From Gordius albopunctatus (Eukaryota), in assembly GCA_964276515.1 (NCBI GenBank), contig OZ193909.1, forward strand, positions 8,866,001 through 8,930,000: a stretch of 64,000 bases of DNA. Reading direction: 5' to 3'. The notes below the pieces were generated by a model. It was not told the origin of the DNA. It saw only the letters and a list, made by a program, of their open reading frames with translations, and did not search any database. Shown in pieces: positions 13,480 through 28,403 of the stretch. The position numbers were made by a program, and so were the translations under genes. How positions within the stretch are numbered: the first letter of the stretch is position 1; each line of letters begins with the position of its first letter.

Positions 13480-16400
13480 CAGTCAAAATCGCTTAAGTGA
13501 GAATTGCTGGGCCTTAATTTAAAAAAAAATTCTCATTTAAGCGATTTTTAGCACTTATACGATTAATTTAATTATTTATTTAATTTATGAAGAGTTTTGC
13601 ACTCATCCTATATTTATGAAGCTATAGATTCCAAAAATTAATATTCGTAACATATAATATATATATATAGATAAATTATTTAGATAAAGTTAAAATTTTA
13701 AGCATACTTAACTTTATGCACTTTTAATGGTAAACAGAATCAGCTGACACTTGTTGCATACTATTAAAATTTATAAATTTTCTAATATATGAAAGAATCT
13801 AGATAAATATTTGATTTATATTTATCTTATTTATACATTCTATAGTAATATCTGTAGAGGCTACGAATTTAATTAAAAAACCTCCTTTCGCACGATACTT
13901 TCCCTTGACCCCGTCTAGGCAAATTATTATTCACGCACCCTAATAATAGCTCCTCGCTTATACTTTATCATCGCCTGACTTATTCAAATTATTATTCACG
14001 CACCCTAATCATAAAAGTGAATACATTTAAGTATTTGAATGTCTCGCAATTCACCTTATTATACACACAAATAACCTCGCAGAGATGTGTATATAAACGC
14101 GATGTTATTAAATAAAAGTATTCATTCATTCATTTTTCCATTATCTTTAAACTTAACAGCTCTTTAAACTTAACATTTGGTGACCCCGACGTTTCGGGGG
14201 AGCCTAAATTTTTGTTTATTCCTCCCCCCTATAAATTTATAACCCAGGTCTACATTGACCAGACTTTCAGGGGACACATAAATTTTCTCCACAATAACAG
14301 TCCCGTCAGTAATGGTGTTTGGTTTTCTTAGTTAAAATAAAACAATTCAGATATAGGGCATTATCTTCTAAATTCGGCATCCATATTTGTCCGACTGCTG
14401 GGAAAGATACAATCTACCTAACTATCTAATTGTTAATACGAAGAAAACCAGGTTACCCTACTACTTCGCTACACAAGCAACAACATCGTCTACTGAACGT
14501 CCTATTGGTCCACTGCCCTGCCAATGAATTTATTTACAAAACACATCGCAGGACCGCTTGCAACGAGCAAAGACGACGTTCGGCAACGCAAAAACACTTA
14601 CTACTACCTACCACTATCAAGGTTTTAACCAATACTGACCGATTTAACTGAGGGAAGAATGCGATTCTAAAATAGATATGTCTGCTCCGACAAATCTAAT
14701 TATATATTGGATAGCACATCAACTTCTAGGGTCCTCGGTCACAACACCAGCAAACACTAGTGCAAACAATAAGCCTTTGATAAACTAAGCTAACTGAGTA
14801 TTTTTACTACAACACTGATACCATAAAACATTCAATTACCCTTAAAGCTGCCAATCGTTGCATCAAAAATTGCCTAGGAGATGCATTATTTCATATACAG
14901 AATGGTGAGGAGAACCAGTGGCATATGCATTAAGGAAATTACAGCGGAACAATAATACTCTTCAATAGAACGAGATTCATTACCCATTGCCTATTCCATC
15001 AAAATATTTAACTCCGACCCAGACCTAACAAAATCAAAAGAAAACCTATACATCACATCGAGAGGAAGGCACGTGCATTGGCGCTATAAACTACTACACT
15101 AACCACAACTCTCCGAGTGAAGGCCCGATGATAGTTGTAGAGGCTACGAATTTAATTAAAAAACCTCCTTTCGCACGCTACTTTCCCTTGACCCCGTCTA
15201 GGCAAATTATTATTCACGCACCCTAATAATAGCTCCTCGCTTATACTTTATCATCGCCTGACTTATTCAAATTATTATTCACGCACCCTAATCATAAAAG
15301 TGAATACATTTAAGTATTTGAATGTCTCGCAATTCACCTTATTATACACACAAATAACCTCGCAGAGATGTGTATATAAACGCGATGTTATTAAATAAAA
15401 GTATTCATTCATTCATTCATTCATTCATTCATTCATTTTTCCATTATCTTTTAACTTAACAGCACTTTAAACTTAACATATCCAATCAGAGGATATATAT
15501 TCAAAATTTACTATTTTAATAGTATGTTTGTTAAATTTTATAATAAACTTATGAAATCTTAAATGAATTTTAATCATGAAAATATTATAAATAAATCTTT
15601 ATTTTGTAATTGTTTTATATTTGCATATGTTTTATTATTACTAAAAATTGATTACTTTAACAAGCCTATTCCTTTTAAGATTTTGTAATGAAGTAATTTA
15701 GCAAGAAAAACTTTTTTCTAGGTTTCTTCACATTTGAAATAAAACTAAACAATGGACAAAAATTACTGTGATAAGTTTATTTAAATATACAAATTATTTG
15801 GTAAAATATCGTATTATAAGTTGCTGATGACTTTCCCATTTAAAGAGTTTTTTTTTCAATAAAGAATTCAAACTCTCTAAATTTTTTTTGATCTTTTAAT
15901 ACATGATGTGCATATTTGGCTAAAGTAAAGAATATCATTTGTGCATCTTCTTTGGCTAATTCAACTTCATTTATATCATCATAGGTACAATTATCTTGTC
16001 TTTCCAAATTTTATAAAAAATTATAAATTAAAATGTAAAATTACCTATTTCCTCTATAATATCAGCATCAGTATAATCACCAAAACAGCTAATACGATCA
16101 TCATCATAGTTAAGTGAATCATCATAGGATTGTTTTCCAATAACAAACATTTGTTTGTCAGTGCCTGTCTGATTTGTTAAAAAAAGTATGGTGAGTCTTT
16201 CTTTATTTGATTCTAAACCCATGACTTTTTCGGTATTAAAAGCAAAAGTGCTTTTGCTTCCAGCTTTGTAAAATAAACCTGTTTCATAACAATTGTAAAT
16301 ATTATCTGGATCATAATATTCAAGAAACTGTGGTAATAATTTTTCTCTCCAATATGAAGCTGTAACAAAATCAGCATTACCCATTTCATTATTTGTAGAG

Positions 16401-17115
16401 TAGCAATTGATATTGTTCCTTGTACGGAATCTCTGTATCCAACTAGAATCTGGAATGCCTAAGATTATTATTTAAAAAATATAAATTTGTTCAAAAAGGC
16501 TAATTAAAAATTATAATAAAAACTTGATCATTGATGATAAAAATATTAATTTAAAAAATTTACCTCCATTAAAATGATTTGAAAAAGATTTTGCTTTTGT
16601 AAGAAGCAAAGGACCATTAATTGCACATTGTTTTGAACTAATTTCTGAGAACCATTTTAGAAGGGCTTGTTCTGTCTTTATGTATTGTGCTAAATTAAAT
16701 AATTTTTATTTATACAAACAATATTACTTTTTCTTTGTCTTTTTTAATGAGATGTTATTAGAAGCAGTTGTTTTCAAATCGGTAGCATTTTTGCATATAC
16801 GGTATATTGTTCCTAATCCGACATTGTAATTTTTGGCTAAAGTTGATTTACTGGTAAGTTTGGCTTCTTCTATAATTTTCAACTTTTCATAGTAAGTTAA
16901 ATTTTTTTTCATTCTCACTTAACACATATTATCAAGTATAAAAATAATAAAATACCTTTAAAATTTTCCTAGTAATGCGATTTTTATCACTTATACAATT
17001 CTCACTTATAAATATATTTTGCTCAAAATTTAAATGATGTGTTCAAAATATCGCGGTTATTTATCATTTATAAATATTACCATTTATCCGATTCTCACTT
17101 ATACAATTTCGACTG
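13480..17115 (-). mobile_element. Tigger/pogo-like DNA transposon with an internally deleted, intron-containing transposase
   Basis: Imperfect TIRs cagtcaaaatcgcttaagtgagaat / attctcacttatacaatttcgactg with TA flanks. HTH-psq exon 16918-16728, CENP-B HTH exon 16689-16564, then YNCYETGLFY...KERLT. Confidence 0.85.
13853..15478 (+). mobile_element. Non-autonomous LTR element (TRIM-like) nested in the Tigger
   Basis: Near-identical TG..CA LTRs at 13853-14175 and 15136-15478; TSD tatc; PBS tggtgaccccgacgt (tRNA-Trp-like); 960-bp interior without a pol ORF. Confidence 0.9.
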
Positions 17116-17394
17116 TATATAGATATATTTAATATCCATATATGCTATATAATATAATATTATATATAATGAAATAACATTAGCACATTTAGTTATTAAA
17201 AAAATGCCAATTATTATATCATTTAAATAATTTCACCTATAACTTATTATTATAATTAAGAAATATTTTAAAATATCTATTTCTTATAACCTTACTATAT
17301 AATGCATTACTTTATTCAATTATATTTCTTTTTAAATGTTTAAGATATGTGTCTTATTTGTGTCGTAAGTGAGCTGCGTTATAGTTCAGTTGAA

Positions 17395-20130
17395 CTGGAT
17401 TCCTGCTGGGCTTCACCACTGCACATGGCGCCCAAAAAGAACAATGAGTGGAGATCATGCGGGGATTATCGAGCCCTAAATATAAAAACAATTCTCGATC
17501 GTTATCCTCTGCCCCACATACATGATTTTTCACTTTCCCTGAAAGGAAAAAATATATTCACCAAATTAGATTTAGCACGAACTTATCACCAAATTCCAAT
17601 GGCACCAGAAGACATAAAAAAAACCGCCATCACAACCCCATTCGGTTTATTTGAATTTGTACGCATACTTTTTGGTATCAGAAATGCAGCACAAACATTT
17701 CAAAAATTCATTGACAATGTTCTCAGAGAATTTGACTATACATTTACTTATTTGGATGACATATTAATTGCCAGTTCTTCTCTAGCAGAACACGAAATAC
17801 ACGTAGAACAGGTAATTCAACGACTATTCGATAATGGGATTAATGTAAATATGCAAAAATTTAAATAGGGTGTAAAGGAAATTGAGTTCTTAGGACACAT
17901 AGTGACGTCTTATGGGTTAAAACTTATACCCGATAAAATAGACGCCATTGACAAATTTCTAACCCCAACTTCAATGAGACAGTTGAGAAGATTTATCGGC
18001 ATAATAAATTTTTACCGAAGGTTTATCCCTAATTGTGCAGATCTCCTCAAACCATTAACCGATGAACTCGACGATACTAAAAGACCAATAGATAAAGAAG
18101 CATTTATTCAGGCAAAACAAGCCCTTAAACAAATAACTTGTCTATCTCATTTAGACGAAAAGAGGAAACTGTCACTCACTACTGATGCTTCCAATTTTGC
18201 AGTAGGAGGAGTTCTACAACAACAAACAGCAAACGGTGATATACTACCACTTGCCTTCTATTCAAAGAAACTTTTAGAAACTCAAACACGCTATAGCACA
18301 TTCAGGCGAGAACTACTGGCCATTTACCTTATGATAAAACATTATAGCCATGTTCTCGAAGGACGCAATTTCACCGTATACACCGACCACAAACCCTTAA
18401 CTTATGCACTTAAAGCCAAGTCGGACAAATATTGTTCTCGAGAAATTCGTCAGCTGGACTACATCTCTCAATTCACATCGGACATTTAATACATTCGAGG
18501 TATCACAAACATTGTGGCTGATACCCTGTCCCATACAGACATCGGCACAATCCAACTCCTTGCATCACAGTCATTGCTGGAACTCATAGCTACGAGACAG
18601 AAGGTTGAAAATTAAACAAATGATGAAACTAAATATTTAATATTGGAACAATTTCCAATACCTGATTCAAAACAAAATATCATTTGTGATGTTTCTATAA
18701 CAACACCTCGACCTCTGGTACCTTCTAACTTACAACAAACAGTTTTCAATCAATATCACGGATTATCACATTCTGGTATCCGTTCAAACCTGAAACTAAT
18801 TGCAAAACTTTTTGTCTGGTCTAAAATGAATCAAGATGTACGAAGATGGGCTCAACAATGTCATAATTGCCAGGTCAGCAAAATACATAAACATGTTAGA
18901 TGCTCGATTCAGCCATGTCCACCTAGACATCGTTGGTCCGTTACCACCATCCAATGGTTACAACTACATTTTTAAAGCCATAGATCGATACACCCGGTGG
19001 CCAATAGCAATCCCTATAAAAGATACTTCAGCCGAAACCGTGGCTAGTACCTCTTTAACACAATTATTTGGAATATAAATTTGATTATAATCAATACAAA
19101 AAAATCCATTTTTATTTGAATTCCTTTATTTTTCGGTGTTCTAAGCACAATAACAACTGACAGAGGATCGCAGTTTCGTTCAACGCTATTCCGGCAATTT
19201 TCCGAGCTTCTTGGTTATCATCACATAAACACAACGGCCTTTCCACCGTTAGCTAAAGAGTTCGATCATGGCAAAAAAACAACGCTAAAAAATGGTCCGA
19301 ATCACTTCCGTTGATACTACTAGGCATTAGAACGACAATCAAAGAAGATCTAACCTCTTCTAGTGCTGAACTAGTATATGGGACTACCTTACGTCTCCCG
19401 GGCGACTTCATACAATATTCGTCACTCGACACCAATGCTACTGAGTTTGTACAACGCCGTCGACACAACTTCGACAACGTACGTTTCTCACCATCACGTC
19501 CGTCAAACAACAAACAACATATCCCTACGGATTTGTTTTCTACACCTTACATTTTTATCAGGACTGATAAAGTTCGAAAAAGCTTATCCCCACCATACGA
19601 AGGCCCCTTCAAAGTTATTGACAGACAAACTAAATACTTTGTGGTAGACAGAAACGGTAAACAAGATAACATTTCTATCGATCGGTTAAAACCTGCATAT
19701 ACCGAATCAGTTAACCTTACAAAACCACTCATAAAAGGCCCGACCATTCAAACCCAACCTTCCACCTCTACATCCACAATAATCTCAACTAACACTACAA
19801 CAAACCCTACAACAACAAAATCAGGACGAAAAGTTCATTGGCCAGTTAAATTAGCCGAATACTTATATTTCTAGCACTCCTTGCAAACGGGAGGGGGAAT
19901 TATATGGTTACCTATTCATATAGCTTAACCTTTATTATTTGAATATATCAACTCTATCATTGGTTAACTATTCTAATACTTAACCTTTATTATTCAAGTA
20001 TTCACTCACCCTAATCATAAAAGTGAATACATTCAAGTATTTGAATATCTCGCAATTCACCGTTATTAAGATGTGTATATAAACACGATGTTTTAACTAA
20101 AATTTATTCATTCAATTCTTTCTATTATTT
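17395..20130 (+). mobile_element. 5'-truncated Ty3/gypsy pol (RT, RNase H, integrase) pseudogene with PPT and degraded 3' LTR
   Basis: YLDD, TDAS, DHKPL, HHCC, TTDRGSQF and PYEGPF motifs with stops and frameshifts; purine tract at about 19888-19899. Confidence 0.9.
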
Positions 20131-22379
20131 GGAAATAAAAATGTTATTTGCTCTCATTAAATCCCTTGTCTAATAAAATACTATATTTATTAATATTTAT
20201 AAGGACGACGGCAGTAACAGTATTTGTTTTTTTGGATTTTGACAAGCTTAATCTACATTTTTTATATTTAAGTGTATTAATCTTCTATCACTTAAAACAA
20301 AATTTAATTTGTAATGTAGTCAAAATCTGGCAAATTGATTTAATATCACTCACTTAAAGGCATGATGTAGGTGATTGTTAAAATTTACAATTATTCATCA
20401 ATAAAAAAGTATTTTCATTTTTATAATAAGACTAGCTGTGCCCGGCCAAGCTTTGCTTTGGCTCAGTCCTTAAGTGGTTAAATAAGTATAACCTATTAAT
20501 AAGACTTATCTAAAATGGGGTCATATATGAAATAATGTGAAAGGTCCGAATGCTAATGCAAATAAATATTCATAATATTTATTTAAGAGCGATATAAAAT
20601 ATTTATTAATAATTCATAAGAGTATATAAGCATTAAAATATAAAAAGCTTATAATAATGTATGGGTAATAAAGAGCTGTATGAAGATTTTGGCTGAAAGT
20701 ATAATGTAAAAAATCATGTAAATAGTAAAATAAAACCTGCAAGGGAAAGTTGATGGATAAAGGGTAAATCAAAGATAGGTCTGTCTTATGAAGAATAAGG
20801 TAATACGCGTACAGTATTATAGCTTCTTGTAAATGTCTCGGCAAATTTGGTTATAATACTCTGGCGTAATAAAAAGGGGAGAAATGCTAAAATAAATATA
20901 AAATTATAGAATTTAAAATGTGATTATACGCGAGTAAAATCAATGGGCTTTAATGGTAATTGCTAAAAGTTATGAGTGGATAAATAGAAATAATACTAAC
21001 TTTAATTATTCATGCAGATAAAGAGGGTTGTAGGTTCAGGTAAGAGATGCTTCACAGCTTAAATTCTTCCTTAGAAAGAAATAAATTGCTATAATGCTTG
21101 GAGATAGACAATATTTTTGACCATGTTATTATCTGTGTAGATATACAAATTTTGTGGATTGCCAACGCGCGAACATGCAACATATAATTGTCCATGTGAA
21201 AAACAATCTGTTTCTAAATCTATACCACAAATTTCTAGAGACTGGCCTTGAGCTTTGTTAATGGTAATAGCAAATGCGAGTTTAAAAGGAAATTGCAATC
21301 TTGTGAATTCAAAGGGTAAATCTGTTGGAATCAAAGGGATCCGTGGTATGAGGACATCTTCTCCAGTGAAAGGTCCAGTCAAAATCGTGGCCTCAACAAC
21401 GTTGCACATTAAGCGTTTAATAGCAAGACGTGTGCCGTTGCAAAGTTTTGGCTGATTAACATTGCGCAACATCATAATCGGCATACTAATTTTCAAATGC
21501 AAAACGTGTGGTGGTATGCCTGGGAGATCTAGCGAATTTAAAAATTCGAGCGGATAATTAACAGCGTCATCAGCAGTAACAACAGTATCAACCGATTTGT
21601 AGGTAACTGGAGTGCCTTCAATTGTAGACAGAATGAGATTGTTAAGTTCTTGGACGTCTTTATTCTTTGGGGCAAGAATAGCCCGTTAACGGAGCCATAT
21701 TCGATCTTGATAATGGGTGTTAATATTTGGAAAAACTTTTTCTACCAAAGCTGTTTTGGACGACACAAAATAGCAGAATTTGGTATGAAATGAAATCCGT
21801 CCTGAGTTTATATCGACGTGCACGGTTCCGTTTCCAATTTCTAGCAATTGATGGGAGAAGAACTCACATGCTTGATTTTGTAACATTACACGCATATTAG
21901 TAGTTAAATTTAAATGGAAGTAGGGAGCCGGCTTTATGATAAATTTGGCCCTTTACCTTGAATGTAGGCATGAATTGTGTGGTTACAACATCAGCGCCAA
22001 ACGACGTCATTTGGAAACAGGAGTTGTATTTCCTGATGTTAGATAGAAAATGTTTAGAACCAGTTGTATAACCAGCCAGCAATGTTTGTAATGGCTCAGG
22101 CGGTTCTGCAAGGTGAGGCAGTTTAACTTTTCCGGCTGCGCAACACATTCCAGTGGTTTCTCCAGCAAATTTCATAGACATAGTACCAATGAGAATATGG
22201 CGACGTAAACTTTCAATATTAGATGGGTAAGAAAATGCTAGGCGGTTGCCTGCGGGTAATGGCTGAGCACGTGAAGGTGGCTGAGGCAGAGTTGCAGAGT
22301 GTTATAGTTCATTTTTAAGCTCAAGAGTACGCAATCGGCGCAATCGATCCGCATTTCGTGTACTATGTTGCTGCTCACA

Positions 22380-22600
22380 AAAACAAATGAATAAATACTT
22401 TTCAAATATCGCGTTTATATACACTACTGGCGAGGTTATTTGTGTGAATAATAACGTTGAATTGTCAGACATTCAAATACTTGAATGTATTCACTTTTAT
22501 GATTAAGGTGTATGAATACTTGAATAATAAAGGTTAAGTTTTTTTCCTAGGTAACCGATGCGAGTTGCTTTATTCAAATTGCCTAGGTAACCATAACTAC
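22380..22600 (-). mobile_element. LTR-derived fragment inside the Helitron
   Basis: Reverse complement shares aatcataaaagtgaatacattcaagtatttgaat with the LTRs at 13853, 15136 and about 19900. Confidence 0.75.
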
Positions 22601-22753
22601 GTCCAATAGATGTTTTCTTGGGGCGCATGAATCTAAAGTCGATATACCAAGAAAATTAAAAATACATAAATAGGTCGAATTTTTTTTAAAGTAAAACTTG
22701 TTTTTATTAAATGAAACTTTGTATGCTAAAAATTATTAAAGTAAAAATGTAGT

Positions 22754-23520
22754 CATACACTTTAATAAAGTTTAAAGATAACAATTTAAAAGATATAAAC
22801 ATGAAATTAGCATTTAAGATAGCATTGCATTGCTATGAAAATTTAATTATATTAAATATATGGATTTTAAATATGATGAACTTTCCTAAAATTGTAATTA
22901 TTTATTGCTTGATTAAATTAATATTAAATTTATTGTTAAAAGACTCTAAATCTCTGAGGATATTACTTAACTAACATACACTTTAATAAAGTTTAAAGAT
23001 AACAATTTAAAAGATATAAACATGAAATTAGCATTTAAGATAGCATTGCATTGCTATGAAAATCAAATTATATTAAATATATGGATTTTGAATATGATGA
23101 ACTTTCCTAAAATTGTAATTATTTATTGCTTGATTAAATTAATATTAAATTTATTGTTAAAAGACTCTAAATCTCTGAGGATATTACTTAACTAACATAC
23201 ACTTTAATAAAGTTTAAAGATAACAATTTAAAAGATATAAACATGAAATTAGCATTTAAGATAGCATTGCATTGCTATGAAAATCAAATTATATTAAATA
23301 TATGGATTTTGAATATAATGAACTTTGCTAAAATTGTAATTATTTATTGCTTGATTAAATTAATATTAAATTTATTGTTAAAAGACTCTAAATCTCTGAG
23401 GAAACATACACTTTAATAAAGTTTAAAGATAACAATTTAAAAGATATAAACATGAAATTAGCATTTAAGATAGCAATGCATTGCTATGAAAATATGGATT
23501 TTAAATATGATGAACTTACC
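22754..23520. repeat. 221-bp tandem repeat, about 3.5 copies
   Basis: catacactttaataaagttt occurs at 22754, 22975, 23196 and 23405. Confidence 0.9.
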
Positions 23521-25059
23521 ATATCCTGTCACAGATCACAAACGTGGGAATGTACAAATATTACTTTAATTATATTAAATATATGGATCCCTGTCACAGA
23601 TCATAAACGTGGGAATGTGCAAATATTTCCGTAAAAATGGAAAAAAATCACGAAACTTGTGAATGTTTCTAAAAGCGCGCGTTATATTTATTTAAGTATA
23701 TGGTGATGTATTACGGTATCTAGAATATTTATTTGAAAAATTTATATATTGTAAAAAAACCGGGCGTAGTTTGGTAAAAAATTGAGACAAATAAGATAAA
23801 GCAATAGTGGAAAAAAGTTTAAGGTAATTGGTAGCACCATAACGATAAATAAGTACAAAAAACGTAGTATGAGCAATCCGCTAGATGGCGGTATAGACTA
23901 CCAAAAAACATGGTTCCCACTGTCGCAGGTTGATAAAAAGTATCTATAAACCTTCTACAATCCTAAGGAAATTATCTGGCCAAATTTGGTGGCAATCGGT
24001 TGAGAACTCTAAAAGTTATTAGCGTTCAAAAAAAGGGACTTAGATATATATATAGATTGCTGTGTGATCATTGTTTAAATTTAGAACATAATTATTATGT
24101 AAAATCAGAGTGTTGATTCTTTTCTCATAGCAATTTAATGTATATCTTTATTTGTGATTTGCTGTTTATATTTTTGAATGCATCTGTGACGGGATAATTG
24201 TACAAATAAATGAAGAGTTATAAGGCCTAAGTCAATTTAATACCAATGCATTTTTTAATAATAGTATAAGGAAAACAACAACCTATATGTTTTGTTTTCT
24301 TGTATTTATTTTATTGTTAGCACTTTTAATGATTATTCAAAATCTAATTTAAAATATCATTATTTAAGTCTATGTTGTTTAAATATTATCCTCAGAGATT
24401 TAGAGATAACATTAGTAAATATAATACTAATTAACGTGTCAACATCAAACAATAAATATTCATAATTATGAAAGTTTATCATATTTTAAATTCCATATAT
24501 TCAATATATAAATTTTCATAGTAATGTAATGTATATCCCAATTTTTTATTTCATGTTTATATTTTTTAAATGTTAATTGAATACCAATTTATTTATCAAT
24601 ATTAGATACTTATATTTTTTGTTTATGCTTATTATATGTTTATTTAATAGCATTATGCAAATGATTATGTATTCACTAATTTAAAATATCCTTCATAAAG
24701 TCTATATTCTATCAATATTATCCTCAGAGATGAAAAGTTCCTATAACTCAAGAAAATTTATATATTAATTCATTTGTCACCAAAAAATATATAATTAATA
24801 ATTATAAGAAAGTTTACCATATTTTATATATTTCATCCAAATTTTAGACAATATCAATAGATTCAAGAATGTGCACTAGTAAGATGGCAAACTTTCAAAT
24901 TATAATTAATTTGCTAATATCTAACTATATATAAGTATAATTAACTTATGAATTTTGTTATAAAGTGAATATATTTTAGCAGGGTTTCTTTCAAAAAAAA
25001 TGCTCCGGGTGGGGGGGGGGGGGGTATTTTCAACTTTCGGGGGGGGGGGTTAAATTTTT

Positions 25060-25322
25060 TTAATTGCTAAACCATTTTGTATAATATTTACTGATTTTTA
25101 TTAGTGATATAAGTGTTTTTTGTTGAATAAATAAATCGTTTTTGTTGTAAAGAGAACAGACAGAGCATAAAGCCTCACCTAAGGCTTTATCAAAAATTAG
25201 CCATTTGTATTTAGATGTCCATGAAATCATAAATTTATATGATGGTTTAAGTTTTAAATTTTGCCCATGTTTTTCACTTTCAAAGACTGAACAATTAGTA
25301 GAGCTGCCAATGCACTCATCTT
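25060..25322 (-). pseudogene. TTF-type zinc-finger fragment (hAT transposase N-terminus-like)
   Basis: FMISWTSKYKWLIFDKALGEALCSVC matches an F..W...Y.WL......CxxC pattern. Confidence 0.5.
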
Positions 25323-28300
25323 TATAAATATATATTAATAAAATAAAAACAAGTTGCATAATTTTAATTACCATCATTTTTATCATAGGAAAAAGAAGAG
25401 ACAGTTTTCCCCACTCAAGCAGAATTACAATTTTCATCTTGACCTAAAAAATAAAAATATATATAATACTTCTATATTAAACCAAAATCTTTCTTGCCTC
25501 TTTGAGAGTTCATGTGAATTTCACTGCTGGAAGCAGAATAATATCTGCTTTTAACTTATATATACTTAAAATATCTAATGCTTAAAAATAATTACCATAA
25601 TTTCCCATAGTAAGGGATAAAACAAGAGTTTTTTTTAATTGAGTCCCATCTTTACCTATTACAAACAAACATATTCATGCCTTATTTTATATAAACACAA
25701 ATACCCATAGTATTCCCGACACATCTCTTCTCGCCTTTTTCTAATTCAAAATCAAATAGATAAAAAAGATATTTTATCTATATCAGAACTTAAATGCATG
25801 ACAGATAATTATCATTAGTTATAAACATTATTTTGTGTATATAAATGTAAATACCATCGTTTTTATTTTAACAATCTATGGAATAAACCAGTTTCTTCGC
25901 AGAATTATCCTCGCCCTTTCGTAATATATAATTGATTAGACAAAAAAAGATCTTTTTTATATGCTTGCAAGCGAATTATCATTAGTTAATATACATTTAA
26001 AATGACCAATATTTTGTTAGTAATATAAATACCATCCTTTTCATTATAAAATTGGATGGAACAAACCAGAGTTTTTTCTACAGAGCAATTATTCACATCT
26101 TCACCTGTTGCATAATTAAAATTATTTAGGCTTTTCCTTTTTACTAAATTAGTGTAAAAGAGTACTTTTATATTTACCAGGCATCTGCAATTCAAAATAA
26201 GGATATTATATCAATAAAAAACAAACAATAGAATCTATTATTAATAATAATTCTTTTTAAGTTTATAAGTAAGATAGTCATTAATAATTCTAAAAGCATT
26301 TATTTATGTTTATTTACCTATTGATATTTTTTAATTAAAGATAATTAGTAACTTTCAAGATTGTAAAAAATGCCTATTAAAAACTCGTTTAAATTAGGGT
26401 TCACAGAGAATCATGCACAACATCGTGAAATTTTAACATCGAGACTAGGTTGACAAATTAGACAATATATCTGAAGCATCAAATTAATATTAAAAAATAT
26501 ATGTATTTTGTACAAATTTCAATTAATAATAAAATATTAGATACTATTGTATAATCAATATATATTAATTAACTATATAGTAAAGGTTTTATAATAACAT
26601 TGTATTGATATTAAATAGTTGCCTGTGAAGACTATAGATATGAGCAGTGTATCATAAATAAATGGAAAGATATTAGTTTGTTATATAATAATGTATGATT
26701 TCCTTTTTTATAATATAGGATCATGTATAATGTTTTATATCAAATGAACTTATATTTATGTGATTGCTAATATATGAAGAGTCATTATAAATTTAATTGT
26801 ACTTAAATTTTATAAATAATTATGTAGTAGTTTTATTAAGGATAAAATATTGTAAATTAAATAATATATAGTTTTATATCAACAAATCAAAATTATCATT
26901 TCAAATAATGTAATTTTAACTTTAACATGTGAACAAAATGCTTAATATCGTGGATAACCTTATATTGTTTATATAAGTATAGCAATGGCTTATCTAAATT
27001 CGCAGAAACCTATTACTATCCTAATCTTATATATTTTTGTAATTATATCTGTAGTTTTTTATATAATATTTTATAATTTTATAATGTTCTATATTAGCAC
27101 AAGATCTGGAGAAGGAAAAAATGGCAGTTTGATAATAATATAATCTTTATGAAAAGGGTTTGTAAGGAAACACCCACAATAAGACATTAGATAATTCATA
27201 GATTTTTAGAAATGTGAGTGCTTAAACGAGGAGGAACGTGACATATTGTCTTTGAAAACTCTTTTGTCAGATACCAAATCCTTTTAAATAATGGAAGGGC
27301 ACTAATTTAAAGAGTACATGATCAAAAATTGTTGTTTGTTAAAAAATAATGTTACTTTAACATTGTAAATAAACTATTTGTTTACATTCTATTTGTATAT
27401 AGCATACATTGATATTGTTCTCAAAGTTTTTAGCATTTACAACTTTTTGACTCTTATATTTATATATTACATGATATTTGAAATACATGATATCCAAAAC
27501 GTAAATGTTTATTCTTCTCATATATAATACCCAAAAATTATCATAAGTTATGGTATAAAATAAAATTATCATATACTTTAAATTAATGAAGAGTTAAATA
27601 ATAATTATAAATCAACTCAATTTAACCTTGCAGGTAACACTTCTAGTTCGGCCGAACCAATTTCTATAAAATATTTTTTGAGGCATCTCAATATGCTCTA
27701 GATAAATAATTCAAAAATTCTGAAAAAATTACTTAGTTCCGGAAATAAAGGGGTGCCACCTAAAGGTTACACTAGGAGGCATAAAAATAAGCTCATTTTA
27801 AAATTTTATTAAATGACTAAGATAAGTGAAAAAAAGTTAATTATATTAAAACGATGATCAACAATAAATGTGAGGTCTGATATTGCAGTATGGGCATAAA
27901 ATTATTGTTGCTTAGTTGCATACAGAGCAGCGTCGTTGAGTTCACTTTTTTGAAGGGCGGATGCGTCCTGACGATTCGTCACTTGTCCCATGAGATAAAG
28001 GCCTTTTTCTAGAAAATGACTACTCCTGTATTGACCTGTTTGCACCCTTCAGCGATACTCCCGACCCCCTAGGATCATCAGAGCATCGTAAATCCGTAAA
28101 ATATTCAGATTTATTAGAAACCTCCATTTTTAATCCTATCGTCTCGCCGTGCTCATAGATGTTAGGGAAAAGCGCTTTATTTTTTTAAAGTACTTAATAC
28201 ATAAAGAAGACGAAGAAACGGATAATGTCTTTCAATCATTTTTTATAAATATTTTCGTTCTTGTATTTTTTTTAAATTACACTATATATTTTTTACTTTT

Positions 28301-28403
28301 CTATAATAAAGCATGTCAGTTGACCCTAAAATTTGTTTAACCCCTTTAGCAATTATTTACACCACGTGTGATTACTATAGCATGTTACTTTACAACAAAG
28401 ATT

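Larger units (their letters stand above)
20432..24056 (-). mobile_element. Internally deleted Helitron
   Basis: Minus strand A|TCTATATAT start and hairpin+CTAG|T end. Rep N-terminal fragment (CCAAGKVKLP...NIRKYNSCFQMTSFG) joined to Pif1 C-terminus (LCNGTRL, TINKAQGQS, HGQLYVACSR). Confidence 0.9.
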
